Under the pieces are notes generated by a model. It saw nothing but the letters and a program-made list of their open reading frames with translations. It was not told where the DNA came from and did not search any database. Shown here piece by piece: positions 24,701-35,641 of a stretch of 64,000 nt of DNA; positions within the stretch are counted from its first letter, which is position 1; every line of letters begins with the position of its first letter. A program made the translations under genes and the position numbers. The DNA is from Fimbriosthenelais zetlandica (lineage: Eukaryota): contig OZ365113.1 in NCBI GenBank assembly GCA_977030845.1, positions 33,852,001-33,916,000 on the forward strand. The letters run 5' to 3'.

Positions 24701-27700
24701 CTTCATCCCAGCGTCTCCATGAGGCCCTTTCATGTACTCATATTGTTCTATGTTGAGTAACAGTCTCAAGCCAGATGAAGCTCCTGTGGAGAAAAGACGC
24801 GAATAAGACCAAGAACTATATATGTACGTGTATTGGACATATATTGTCCATAGATACATGAGTACAAAGTATTTGTGAATAGTTTATATGTTCTTACCAG
24901 TTCTAGCTGTGAGCAAGGTGTTATTAAATGTGCCTATGTTGAAGGTGTGACAGAGGCCATAATCTGTGATCTGAGTTGTAAAGTTCTCCCCAGAGCAGGG
25001 ACTTCCTCCCCACGAACATCTGCAAAGTTAGACTTCCTTATATTTTTGTATTATATGATTGTGTATTGTGTGAGAATTAACATTGTATATGGACATCACC
25101 TATACCAACTTTATTACACTGTTGATCTGAAAACCTGCTTCTTAATTTCTAGATGTATCAAATCCCATTTAAACTTATACATGTACTTGTAAAAGAAAAT
25201 GTATCGGGCAAATAATTAGATGAAGACTAACCCATGTATTAGGTCCTCTACTTGATGTCCAAGCTCATAGAACATGCTTGTCAAGTCATCAGCTGAAAGG
25301 AGGGTCAATGATTCATTTAATGCGGCAAATAGCATCACAATATTGACATACAGATATTAAACCACAGATAGTTGAATATGGTGGCGGATCCAGAGGCCCT
25401 TTTCGACCCCCAAGTGTCCTTCACGGACTACAAATGCCCTTTCTGACTCCTAAGTGACCTTTCTGACCCCCAAATAGGTTATTCAAAGGCAGATAGTGGA
25501 CATTAATTGCAGAAAGAAATCTAGGCCCTAGAGTTCCTGTTTAGTATAGTGCATCTGGGGTCCAAAAAGCGATGCTGCCACCCCCTACCACTGCCCTCTG
25601 CTATTGTCTCCGTATTCTGGGTGCAATGGGATGTAAACTGCCCATTTCCCATAGCACCCTTCCTCTGGAAAATCCTGGATCCACCCCTGAAGTGGTACAA
25701 ACGGTCATATATTGTTGTTGGTATATACCATCCCTGTATGTATCCTCCAGTGTTCTGTCCTCATCTTCAAAAATAGTGTCAACGGCTCCAGGATCTCCTG
25801 GTGCACCTGGAACCCCATGATGTCCTCTCATGTCATAATCTGAAATATTATGTAATAAGAATACAGAATTATGTTACAGAGGTCCAAGGGTTTACTCGAA
25901 ATAACCCCCAGAAAAATAACCAATTCTTTCAAGGAAAAGATGAAAATATCAAATGACGCTTATGTAGACTAAAGCCTGGAGCACACTAATCCAATTCTCT
26001 ATCCGGCTCCATCCGATAGCTGTCGGAAACTATATTTCTATTCACACAAATTTGAAAGACCTTTACACCTAGGTGAGGGTGACGATTGACAAAATTTCAA
26101 TCGTTGGATGCCATTAGAAATTTTGGTATGAATGGTGACTTATTGGAGAATCGGATTAGGGTGTTCCAAGCTTTAGTTTATAAAGTATTTTCAGGCCTCA
26201 CCACCACGATTACGATCACCCACTGGACCTGGACAATAAGGGGGTAGTTCATCATCTCCAAGCCAACAATCACGCTTCCCATCACACAACAAGAATCTAT
26301 CAAGACATTTGTAAAACTTTCCAGAACACACATAGCCTGGACAGGCACCTGTAAATAATCAATAAGATTAATTTGGAACGTTGATTGTTTAAAGACGGCC
26401 AAGTACAGTGCTCCTCCCCTAAATCGACCGGACGGTCGGATGTGGAGGAGCGATGCTTTTGCTGCTGTAGCATATATAAGCATTGATGAGGCCATGGGCT
26501 AAACTGGTTCTCTAATAATTTGGATTCGATGATAATTAAGAAAATGAAGAAATAACTCATACAACGCAAATCAACCCACCTGGAACTTCACACTGTCCTG
26601 GTTCTGCTTTGATCGCTGATATAGTTAATCCTGAATCTTCATATAATCCAGCACTCACCAAAAGTCTGTAACTACCAGGGGACACCTGAAACTTCACCAA
26701 AGCTTCACCGACTTCTCCAGAATACACGTTCTCAGCCCATAACAGTAATGAGCTTTCTCCCTCGTTTACATCGGTATTATTAGGCTCAAGGCCTGAAGCC
26801 AATTCTCTGTTTGTCCATCTCTGTTCGTCTATTCCATATGAAGCATTATAAACATTTAGTTTTATGGGATCTCTACCACTAGTCCTGATCTTGGTGAGGT
26901 TTAAAGTCACACAGTGATAGAGTTCTGAGGTCAAGGTCGGGGAAAGTACCAATGCTTCTCCTCTACGTATTGGGCCTCCCAAAGGCAGGTGTGTTCTCAA
27001 CCCTAGGATTAATAATAAAGGGAAAATAACCTCGGGATTATTCACAATTGATATCGAAGTATATTTGCATGCAGTACATACATGGCCTTTTTATTTATCG
27101 AATACATGAGAAGTGAGAAATGTTCTTTTTCTTACCTCGATCATGAAGAAGCCACGAGGCAAATGATCTAGAAACATCCAAGTAATTGCACACTTCCCCA
27201 CTATAAAACTCACAGTCAAGGCCACCATCTTTGACTGAAATTTGAAAAACTGCAGGTAAATATTTGAAACAATTTGGAAAGAGCATCTAATTGCACTGTT
27301 ATGTATACTTACATTTTTCCACGCACGTTTCATGGCTGATATTCACATTGTTCAACTTGATCCTGTAATCGTCGACCTCTCCTGTACAGTTGAAGACAAA
27401 CTGCAGCCGTGTCAGATTATTTAGAGACAAGAGACTCACAAAAGTCGAACGCCAATAGTTAGACCCAGCTCTGAGTTGCTCAGCATCTCCCGAAACAATG
27501 TCGAGGAGCGTTTGTGAATCCGGATGCAACTGATAAACAGAGAGACTACAAATGCCAGAGGAGATGGCCATGTTGTGGTCTATCTGGAGGCAGCTGGGTC
27601 CAGCCAGCATCAGCCAGGCAGATGACAGGATCTTCCTTTGTAATTCAGAGACAGAGGATGCTGTGATGGAGACAAAACTGCCTGGAAAAATCATATTAAG

Positions 27701-30700
27701 TACAGTTAAGAGATGGAGGTGTAAAATAATTCCGTTCAATTTCCTTTGGATAGCCTGCAATTATTATTATGGATTTAATGACAGAATCTCAAGCCTACCG
27801 TCTCTTTCCTGTGTGAATTGCCAGCCTTCCATATCAGGATTAGAATAATCAATATAACCACATATAAAGCTCTCACTGAAATCACAGTCAAATCTCCTCT
27901 CTAGAAGTCAAAATGCAAAGCAATAATATATTAAGTGCTAAATCACCATCTATGACCCATATTGCAGGACTAATTTACCAGATTACTAAATTAATTGACT
28001 TTCTTAGGATCACAATTAGGTTCTGGTAAACTATAGCTAATTAAGTTTCTAAGGAAATTCACCTCTTAAGGTCATAAGGACAAACTTTAGGAAGGTCAAT
28101 TAGATGTTTTTCTGATTCCTCTTCGAATGACACAAGGTTTTATATTGGATTACATGTTAAAGTTAGAAATTGGAAAGTATATTATTAGCATTTTAGATTT
28201 CTAGTCATACTTGGATCACACACTGCACCATCCTCATCTGAGAAGTCCTGACAGTGGACCACCCCGTCACATAATGACGTCATGGAGACGCACTCACTTC
28301 CGCTGTCACAGAGTACCTCGTCTGGCCAACACAATCCTACATTACAAACAATTTATGTGTCATTAAACATCAAAAGTTCACAATTTACTCCACTTTTTTT
28401 GTAAACTATAATCAGCATGATGACCCCCATATTTGAGATAATGGCAGCAAGTGACGTTTGCTATGCCTTGGTCAATTCCGACCAATCAGAGGTCCCCAAA
28501 CTTTTCCTGCATCATGGCACATATTGGTTCATTCTGATCATTCTGATCTAACCATAGAAATATATATAGTTCTATGGACTAACGAAAGAGCTACCTTGAA
28601 AAGTAACTTTCCCTTTGGCCTCGCAGAACTTACGTGTATCTTGGTTTTCACAGTCATGTCTCAGCTTCACGTCATCAATGGCCATGTCACTCAGGTATGG
28701 TTCACCAAGCACCGCCTCAAACACAATCCAGTAAGCCACTACTTCATTCACAGTCATATTCCTGCTGTAGTACCTCCATATATCACTCAGATCACTAGTA
28801 CCACTCACTCTGACCAATCTCTGACGGAGATATTTCCCAGTGTATTTATACACAATGATTTCCCCCATAGACTCCGGGAAGAAGGTGTCCTTAGCTGTGT
28901 AAGCATGGAATTCTAGGCATTCTGGAATATCGTTTGATGAAATGTGCATTGGGGTAGATATACTGATGCGTTCTCTTTCAGTTCGTGTGATGGTTCCAGA
29001 ATCTAAATAGAGGTAATGACCTGAAAGGGAAAAAAATAATTATATTCAAGAGATTAGAATCAAGGTAAAAGGGTGGAAAGTATTTTAAGGTTTTACCTTT
29101 GGCTGTTTGTGTGGTATGATCCAATGTTAAACGGCCATTTCTCATCCGGCCCTGATGTCTCTGCCACTGTGTCTTTTTCCTACTTCCTCCTTCATACCCA
29201 CAGATTTTTGGTGATTCAAAGTTGCAATCGACTTCTTTGACTTGAAATTCAAGTGATAATATTTCAATTAGAAGGCTGAGGCATTCTGAGCGGGCAGTTT
29301 CAGTCGGTCAAATATGCCTGAACCTTTCGACCTCCACTATTAAAATTGCATGAGATGTATGAGAAAACTTACTACAAGTATTGATTTCATCCGAGAGGTC
29401 AAAGCAGTCATATGTCCCATCACAAATAGCTATCAGAGGCACACATTGCCCACTCTTGCATCTAAACTGGTCATCCCTGCATTCTGTTAAAGAAAAACAT
29501 ATTATTACCTGTACCCACTTCTATAGGAAGATTTCTTACTTCTCAGATTGACAAGTATGCACATTCCCGACAAGGATCTATATATTCTTGAATTGCATCT
29601 CAGAAGTCTAGACTGATTTTTCAGAATTGAATAGACCAGAACTACCTAATGCAGTATAGGCCTATAATAAAAACACAAATTATTAAATATTTTACCACAA
29701 TATGGAATGGAACAACCAGAAGTTTCAGGGAACACTGAGTTCCCGCGCGTGAAGCACCAGGGCCCATTGGGATTGTCATCTGGGTTTCGGCAGTATGAGG
29801 CAGCGCCATCTACCGACCCTTCCAGGAAGTCACTGTCTGCTGTAAACGACCTGATGCTGGGGTCTGACCAAGGCAGGCAGGGGAAACCATCAGACGCCAG
29901 GGAAATATTACCAAGATATTCAGTACCAAGAACGGTCATTCTGCATTCCCGATAACCCAAAGCTGAAAATATTTAAAAACAATTATAAATGTCGTGTGCT
30001 TTATTCTCACGATGCATATAGAACCATCTGTTATGGGTCCTCAAAATTCTGCTAAGAATCGCTTGTTAAAATTCAGGGTGTTTGATTTATTATGAAATAC
30101 TCGTCTATTACGTCCATTTTCCTACTGCTTCATTTTGGTTAATGTGCTAACAGGTTGCGATCAGGTCATCTACTGCCACCATGTAGCAAAACCTGGAACT
30201 ATGGTGGATTTGACCCGGAAGTGGAATAACAATAACAACGCATGCGTGCGTGAGTCCAAGATTCCAAGATGGCCGACATGGCAGCCAAAAGGGGCATATT
30301 TAACATTTCAACAGTTGAAAAAGCAGGAATTACTTCACTTTGAGGAATTGTCAAGATCCCCAAAACAAAGAGAAGCTGTATGAGTACATGGCCGTGTGTT
30401 GTGAGGGGTTGAGCCTCCATGTCATTCGTTTTTTGGTCTACTAACATCATGAAAACCTGGGCGCTCCAGTTTCATCACATGGTCATGGCTGCTGCAAACG
30501 GTGAAGGTAAGTTCTTATTCTAGTAATATTAAAACTATTAAAGGGGGTATAGTCAAAACTATAAACTTACTCAATGTTTCACATCTGTCTATCTTTACAT
30601 CATCCAATGCTACATGGCCTTTACTGTTAAGGTTGTTTATCCCAGGCTTAACATGGACTTGGTAGAGTCCTGTGCCCAGGTAGAGGAACTGCCTGTTCCA

Positions 30701-33700
30701 CAGTTGTCCCTTTGTTACGGTCAGGCGGTGTGTTGTGATTATATTCTCACTACTGTCAACCAGGTTGACACTGAGAGAGTACCTAGTGAAACAGAGAGAG
30801 TACTTTGGTGTCGAATTTTCACCAAAAAAATCAGAAATATGATTAATAAATCTTAGATGTATGATAATGACGGAATTTTCAAGCTGAAACAAATTCACAT
30901 TTACAAAATGATTTACTACTGTCAATTGGCTATAATGCTTCCAGTACCTGCTGCTTTCCAATGTTGCATTAGAAAAGCTATAAGAAATATCCATACAGAG
31001 CGGCTGCTGAGCTTGTAGGTAAGGAGTGAAGAGGTACGGAGGTGAGAGGGGATTGGCTAATGCTGTATCATCCAAATACAAATAGGAACCTATAAGTAAA
31101 AGTGAGATACAGTTCAGATCATTACAGCAATTCTATTTATTATTAAAGGCATAGATTAAACGAATTATTTCAAATCAGGTTGATCGGATCTTGCGGTTCC
31201 AAGTGGTGCACATATGCATTTAATAAAATGAATAGACAATAAGTTGGGCCTAGACTAACCTATACGTGTATAGATATAGCAAGAAGATAAGCTCACGAGC
31301 AACATATAGCCATAATTTTATGATAGATCAAGATAGATAATAGAAAGACACAGTACATGACATGCTGGAAGGCACTTCTCCGAAATATTCAAAAGCCCTT
31401 TAGCCGTTTTATGGAGTTGTAACATACGAGGGAGGTCCTTGCAATAGTTGATCCATCAATATTATAAAGGAATACTTGAGCTATATAGGATTATAACTTG
31501 AGAGCGTATAGATCTTGGCTGCCTTTGAAGAAAGAAAGGAATTTTTAAGCTTATTTATAGATCTATGATATAATTTCAGGGCAAAAATATCTCATTGTCA
31601 AAGAAAACGCTCCCAGATCCAGTAAAGTAACTGTGAATAAAGGCCTTGTATAGAGATGATCCAACCTGAATCCAGATGGCAGAGGTGTAATGTTGGGTCG
31701 GGTCCTGCTCATGACATATATAACAGAGGATGCAAACAACATATTATCTTAATCCAGAGAAATATCGCCACTTATTCCATGGTTAATGTGAGGGTGGGCA
31801 GTATGGAGCCAATACTGCACGCTCCCAAAACAAGCCATACTAATTTCTACTAGAGACTGGCAGCATTCGTGATAGGCCCCTTAAATTTTCCCTCTAACTA
31901 CTGTAGTTTTAGCTTTAATAACTGACTCTAATAACAAGTAAACTGAAAGAATGTGTTACATTACCGAATTGTCTATTAAAAATTCAAGTGAAAAAACTAG
32001 TAAAAGCTAATTTCCATGTATGTAAATCCACAAAATGCTCTTTCAGTATTTGTCAATAGGATGGCAACATGCTGCCTTTGACAACATGGGGATATATTCA
32101 TAGGATAGTTTCCATTAGTATATGATATAAAACACTTACTATGAGACTTTTGATAAGTTTCAATATTTACCATAGATCTTAGTATGGTCACGATTTGGAC
32201 CTCTCTTGAATGTTTCTGGGGTTCCCCTCCTCCATACATCCCCGGAATACTGCTTGTCCTCATATAAAGGACATGGCCGACCTCCTTCAAAGTCACATAC
32301 AATACTCACTGCAACAAAATTCATAGATTATCTCTAACCCATCAATGGTTATAATGAAGTCCTATCTTGCCAGGTGCCATAACCGTCTGTGAGGACATTA
32401 ACTAAGCTAGGGATAAAACATGTATTCTCGATCAGGGATGCCAAAGAACACTTGTTATGAATGAATGAATGAATGAATGAATGAAGTTATTTGCCTATAT
32501 AGGCAGTTCTGACCTTAGATATATAGTTAATTAAACTACAAGTTATAGCTGGTTGATGTATCAGTTAATAGAAATCAATTCCTAAACATGACATCACTGA
32601 ATTCTTAAAGGGAGGCCAAACACTTTGTATAAAGTTATTTTCCTTAGATAGTTGATTTCACCACAAATAATGTCACAGGATGTCACATGTTGGTTAGCCA
32701 ATCAGAGTGAGGAAGGGGCTGGGCACTGTCATTTTTCTACACAAGGTGCGCCTTGTAGTAAAGGAGCCAGTGTTGTTCTTCGGGGCCTTAAAAGTGCAAT
32801 GAAATATGAGATCAGAACTCACCTGGACATCGTTTCCTCACATAGACATCCGATTCTCCATGAAAGACTTTCCTAATAAGTGCATTTTCAGGGATCAAAG
32901 TGAAGATATCACAATATTTCATGTAATTGTCGTACATAAAAGAGTTACAAGTGTTCCCATGATACTTCACACAGAGCATTCTACACAGCTTTTTGGTGAT
33001 TTTCCGATACCGTGTCGTCCTTCTTCCAAACATAACAATTCCTCGTTGTATATCAAAATCATCTTCTTGGCAACCTATATCAGGATACAAAGAACAAGAA
33101 GATATGATAATTCATGATATACATTCAGTATAGATTAAAGTGAAATCAATGGGGAGTGGATTTGAAGCTTTTAATTGCAGAGTCCAGAAAAAGTTCTTAA
33201 AAAGCATAAAAATTAAATCAGTTTCTCTGGACTATGGTTGTGAACACCCATCCACCACCTCTTGCGTTACCTAATTTATGGAGGGCCCTATATCTTACTT
33301 TATACTCCATCTATGCCTGGAATATATCAAGAGGCCTTTTATCTTAATATCCGACCAGAGGACTCTTATCCATGGCAAGGCAAAAAACATACCATGGATA
33401 TTTACCCTGGGTGGACACGCCCAGACCAGCAAACACGCCTCTTAAGCAGTGATCATAGAAGCGGGGCAATATTGAAGATTGCAATAATGGTCAGTGGTCC
33501 AGGGTCATCAAAACAGGCAGTGAGAGGTTGGGCAAGAAAGTGGCAAAAAACAATTTGGGCAAATAAAATGATATCTGAAATGAGGTTCCTGACTTCATAA
33601 CCTCCAGATCCACCATTTCAGATCAATTGGACATGGAATTCCTTGATTAAATGAGGATAATAGTCTACAGGTTAATAATTATTATTATAGTATTAATGCG

Positions 33701-34388
33701 GACTCACCGTCGGTAGGAGAACTATACTTGTGAATTGAATTGTTGAAGGTATCTTCGATGACATCGTAGACACCAATTTTGAAGGCTTTAGATGCCCTGA
33801 AATCGTATGAATAATTTATTGATGCAGCAATTGTTTTGCTTCCTAAAATTGATATAGTAATCTGTAAAAATACTCACCTGAAAGTATTTTGATTGCAAAG
33901 GGTGACAGCAGGAAAGGGAAGTTCTTGAGTGTATATAATTTCAACATTCACAGCTTTTGGATGAGACGAAAGACTCAAAATTTGTGTGATGACAAAATAG
34001 AGGAAGCCAGCCAGAGCTGCCAAGGTTACCAATGCCCATAGCAACCTGAAAATACGAACCACAATAATATCATTTGAGATATAAAATTCAGGTATACGAA
34101 AATGATGGGGAAATGATATATGAGGTATTGTAAATAATCTCATGTTCTAGACCTTCTAATGACAGGTAGGAATTTAAAAAAATACAAGGAATGTTTTCGG
34201 TGAGATACATTATTTATTAAGCCATGTTCACTGACATCTACAAGTTAAATGTTTTTAAAATAAATATAACTCAAATATTGTCTACCTCCTTGAAAAGTGA
34301 GAAGTTTTGTCGGCAACATATCGGATACCGTGAAATGTTGTTTCTTCTGAGAAATCCACAAGAATTTTTTTCAATTTCTTGGAGGCAC
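21582..34388 (-). CDS. DEG/ENaC (amiloride-sensitive) superfamily channel with multi-domain finger insertion and long helical knuckle insertion, ~1,920 aa, 27 exons; start exon upstream not fixed
   Basis: Family motifs appear in the correct order: ETTFHGIRY, TM1, FPAVTLCNQN, LGHQVEDLIHGCSWGG..C, TDYGLCHTFN, GLRLLLNIEQ, LHDQQEVP..GF.V.PG, YTFSSC..EC....CGC, C.C..PC...Y, NFIAVDIYF..L.Y, SDVGGYLGLLLGGSVISLFEFFD. Exons: 34388-34286, 34045-33878, 33796-33708, 33074-32823, 32308-32171, 31089-30948, 30782-30571, 29962-29696, 29483-29373, 29240-29097, 29020-28634, 28336-28211, 27900-27799, 27681-27313, 27249-27136, 27002-26580, 26348-26202, 25839-25729, 25292-25232, 25019-24898, 24783-24701, 24471-24373, 24133-23977, 23757-23695, 23578-22063, 21968-21877, 21739-21582. 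All junctions are GT-AG and frame-consistent. Confidence 0.9.
22063..23578 (-). CDS. DEG/ENaC 1.5-kb exon: end of thumb/beta10 plus ~460-aa helical insert
   Basis: The 535-aa ORF in the track. The exon begins DISFSDCGCIEPCFRKVYESQLSY (acceptor could also be 23587) and ends RLDDEFF|K, joining NFIAVDIYF. Confidence 0.85.
25379..25689. mobile_element. MITE-like element with imperfect CAGGGGCGGATCCAG-type terminal inverted repeats
   Basis: Left TGGTGGCGGATCCAG (25379-25393), right CTGGATCCACCCCTG (25675-25689). Intronic. No target-site duplication seen. Confidence 0.5.
26202..26348 (-). CDS. Channel exon: LDL-receptor class A module 3 (divergent)
   Basis: CPGYVCSGKFYKCLDRFLLCDGKRDCWLGDDELPPYC. 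Confidence 0.75.
26580..27249 (-). CDS. Channel exons: MAM-like domain 4 (27249-27136, 27002-26580)
   Basis: LDCEFYSGEVCNY...SW ... LSPTL....HCV ... ISAIKAEPGQC. Divergent MAM pattern. Confidence 0.65.
27313..27900 (-). CDS. Channel exons: MAM-like domain 3 (27900-27799, 27681-27313)
   Basis: FDCDFSESFICGY.....GW ... ILSSAW....PSCLQI ... YWRSTFV ... LNNVNISHETC. Confidence 0.7.
28211..28336 (-). CDS. Channel exon: LDL-receptor class A module 2
   Basis: CWPDEVLCDSGSECVSMTSLCDGVVHCQDFSDEDGAVC. Confidence 0.85.
28634..29240 (-). CDS. Channel exons: MAM domain 2 (29240-29097, 29020-28634)
   Basis: CNFESPKICGY...QW...LDHTTQTAKGHYLYLDS ... ECLEFH ... MAIDDVKLRHDC. Confidence 0.85.
29373..29483 (-). 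CDS. Channel exon: LDL-receptor class A module 1
   Basis: CRDDQFRCKSGQCVPLIAICDGTYDCFDLSDEINTC. Confidence 0.9.
29696..29962 (-). CDS. Channel exon: kringle domain
   Basis: ECRMTVLGTEYLG......G.PCLPW ... SYCRNPDDNPNGPWCFT ... CSIPYC. Confidence 0.92.
30571..32308 (-). CDS. Channel exons: MAM domain 1 (32308-32171, 31089-30948, 30782-30571)
   Basis: CDFEGGRPC...W...GPNRDHTKIYGSYLYLD ... PLCMDISY ... W ... GHVALDDVKIDRC. Confidence 0.85.
32823..33074 (-). CDS. Channel exon: PAN/apple-like domain
   Basis: CQEDDFDIQRG...ITKKLCRMLCV....TCNSFMYDNYMKYCDIF...SDVYVRKRC. Has the C...C..CxSFxY...C spacing and the terminal YxRxC typical of PAN. Confidence 0.75.
33878..34388 (-). CDS. Channel exons: pre-TM1 HG gating motif (34388-34286) and TM1-beta1-beta2 (34045-33878)
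   Basis: KKILVDFSEETTFHGIRYVADKTSHFSRR|LLWALVTLAALAGFLYFVITQILSLSSHPKAVNVEIIYTQELPFPAVTLCNQNTFR. Confidence 0.9.
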
Positions 34389-35641
34389 CTGAAACTTGAA
34401 ATAAGACACTGATAAAAAGGATTTAAAGCGGCTCTATCACCAATCTTAACCTAGTACAGAGAGTCAACTCCCCAGCCAATGAAAAGCCTAGAATATGGGT
34501 CAAACTGTGCGAATTTAGGTCAAACTGGCATAGATGCAATAGATCTCAGCTGAAATAGACTGTCACTTGAGCTATCAGCACAGATGTGGGATGGTGCTGC
34601 TTCATGTGATAGTTCTGAAGTGAAGAGCTGGTGGAGAGGAGATATGGACCGTTATATAGATGACGGGTTCTTTAGTAAACTCAGTGTTTTCCTCTTACAA
34701 GATGCAGTGTACGATAACTGTGAGTTTGTAAATTTATGTCAGTGTTTTGACAGAAGTCACCTGAAAACTCTACAAAGCGAGAGATGCTGATATAAAAAAC
34801 TTCCTCCAAATGTTCAGAGGATGTTCCAAAAGCTGAGTGTTATTAAAGGTGTCCACACACTAATCCGATTTTCCACTCGTCGCCATCTGATCCCCCATTT
34901 TTAATGACATCCAATGACTGAAATTGTGTCCAAGTGGTTACCCCTTACCCTATAGTCTGATTTTGATAGTGATCAGTGTTATGTAGCAATACATTAAAAT
35001 TATCTTTTATTACATGTCCTAGCTCACTACAAATCACAGCTAGCTAGCCAGCTAGCTATAGATATCTTGCTTTTGTCTGCTGTCTGAACTATAACATATT
35101 CATAGCAATTCATGTACCAGGAACTTTGGAAACATCAAAATGATTTTTGTCGAAGACTACTCGGTAGTAGGCACCATTACTAGGTAATTACTTGGCAGTT
35201 GCACAACTATATACTATAGTTAGAAGATATATATACTAAGACGGCCACGGCCGAGCGAGCTTTCTCGCTTCTCCCAACAGGGCAGCTGGCTTTTGGGTCA
35301 GGGGTAAAAAGTATATTTGCCATAGAACCATGGGATTCGGATTAATAACTTTTATAAGACTTAAAAAAGGGATGGGCGGGGTTGGGGGCACATTCACTGG
35401 TGCATATAACGCGAAGCTAATTTACATCAGATACTTTTTTATTTTAGACACAAATAGAATGTTATAACATCATTGCATGGATAAAAATTGTAGACAAACT
35501 TTACTGGACACAAATTAATGAACTTCTTTATGATATTCACTTTTGTTTCTTTCATTTCAGTTTAAATTCCTTGTGTCATGCATTATGATAACTTCAGATA
35601 CCAGTACCTGTGACAAGCAATGACTGAATTAGACTTTTTCT

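Noticed and set aside
30783-30947. Middle of track ORF 30515-31081 as coding
   Set aside because: An AT-rich stop-free intron. Splicing AG|GT at 30948 to 30782 restores MAM spacing.
33262-33600. 112-aa plus-strand ORF / extra channel exon
   Set aside because: No recognisable motif. The minus-strand acceptor nearby leads to a stop without a donor, and the flanking exons already join in frame.
34701-34770. Candidate upstream exon of the channel
   Set aside because: It has an acceptor and a GTAAG donor, but its only open frame ends in phase 0, incompatible with exon 34388. It could be UTR only.
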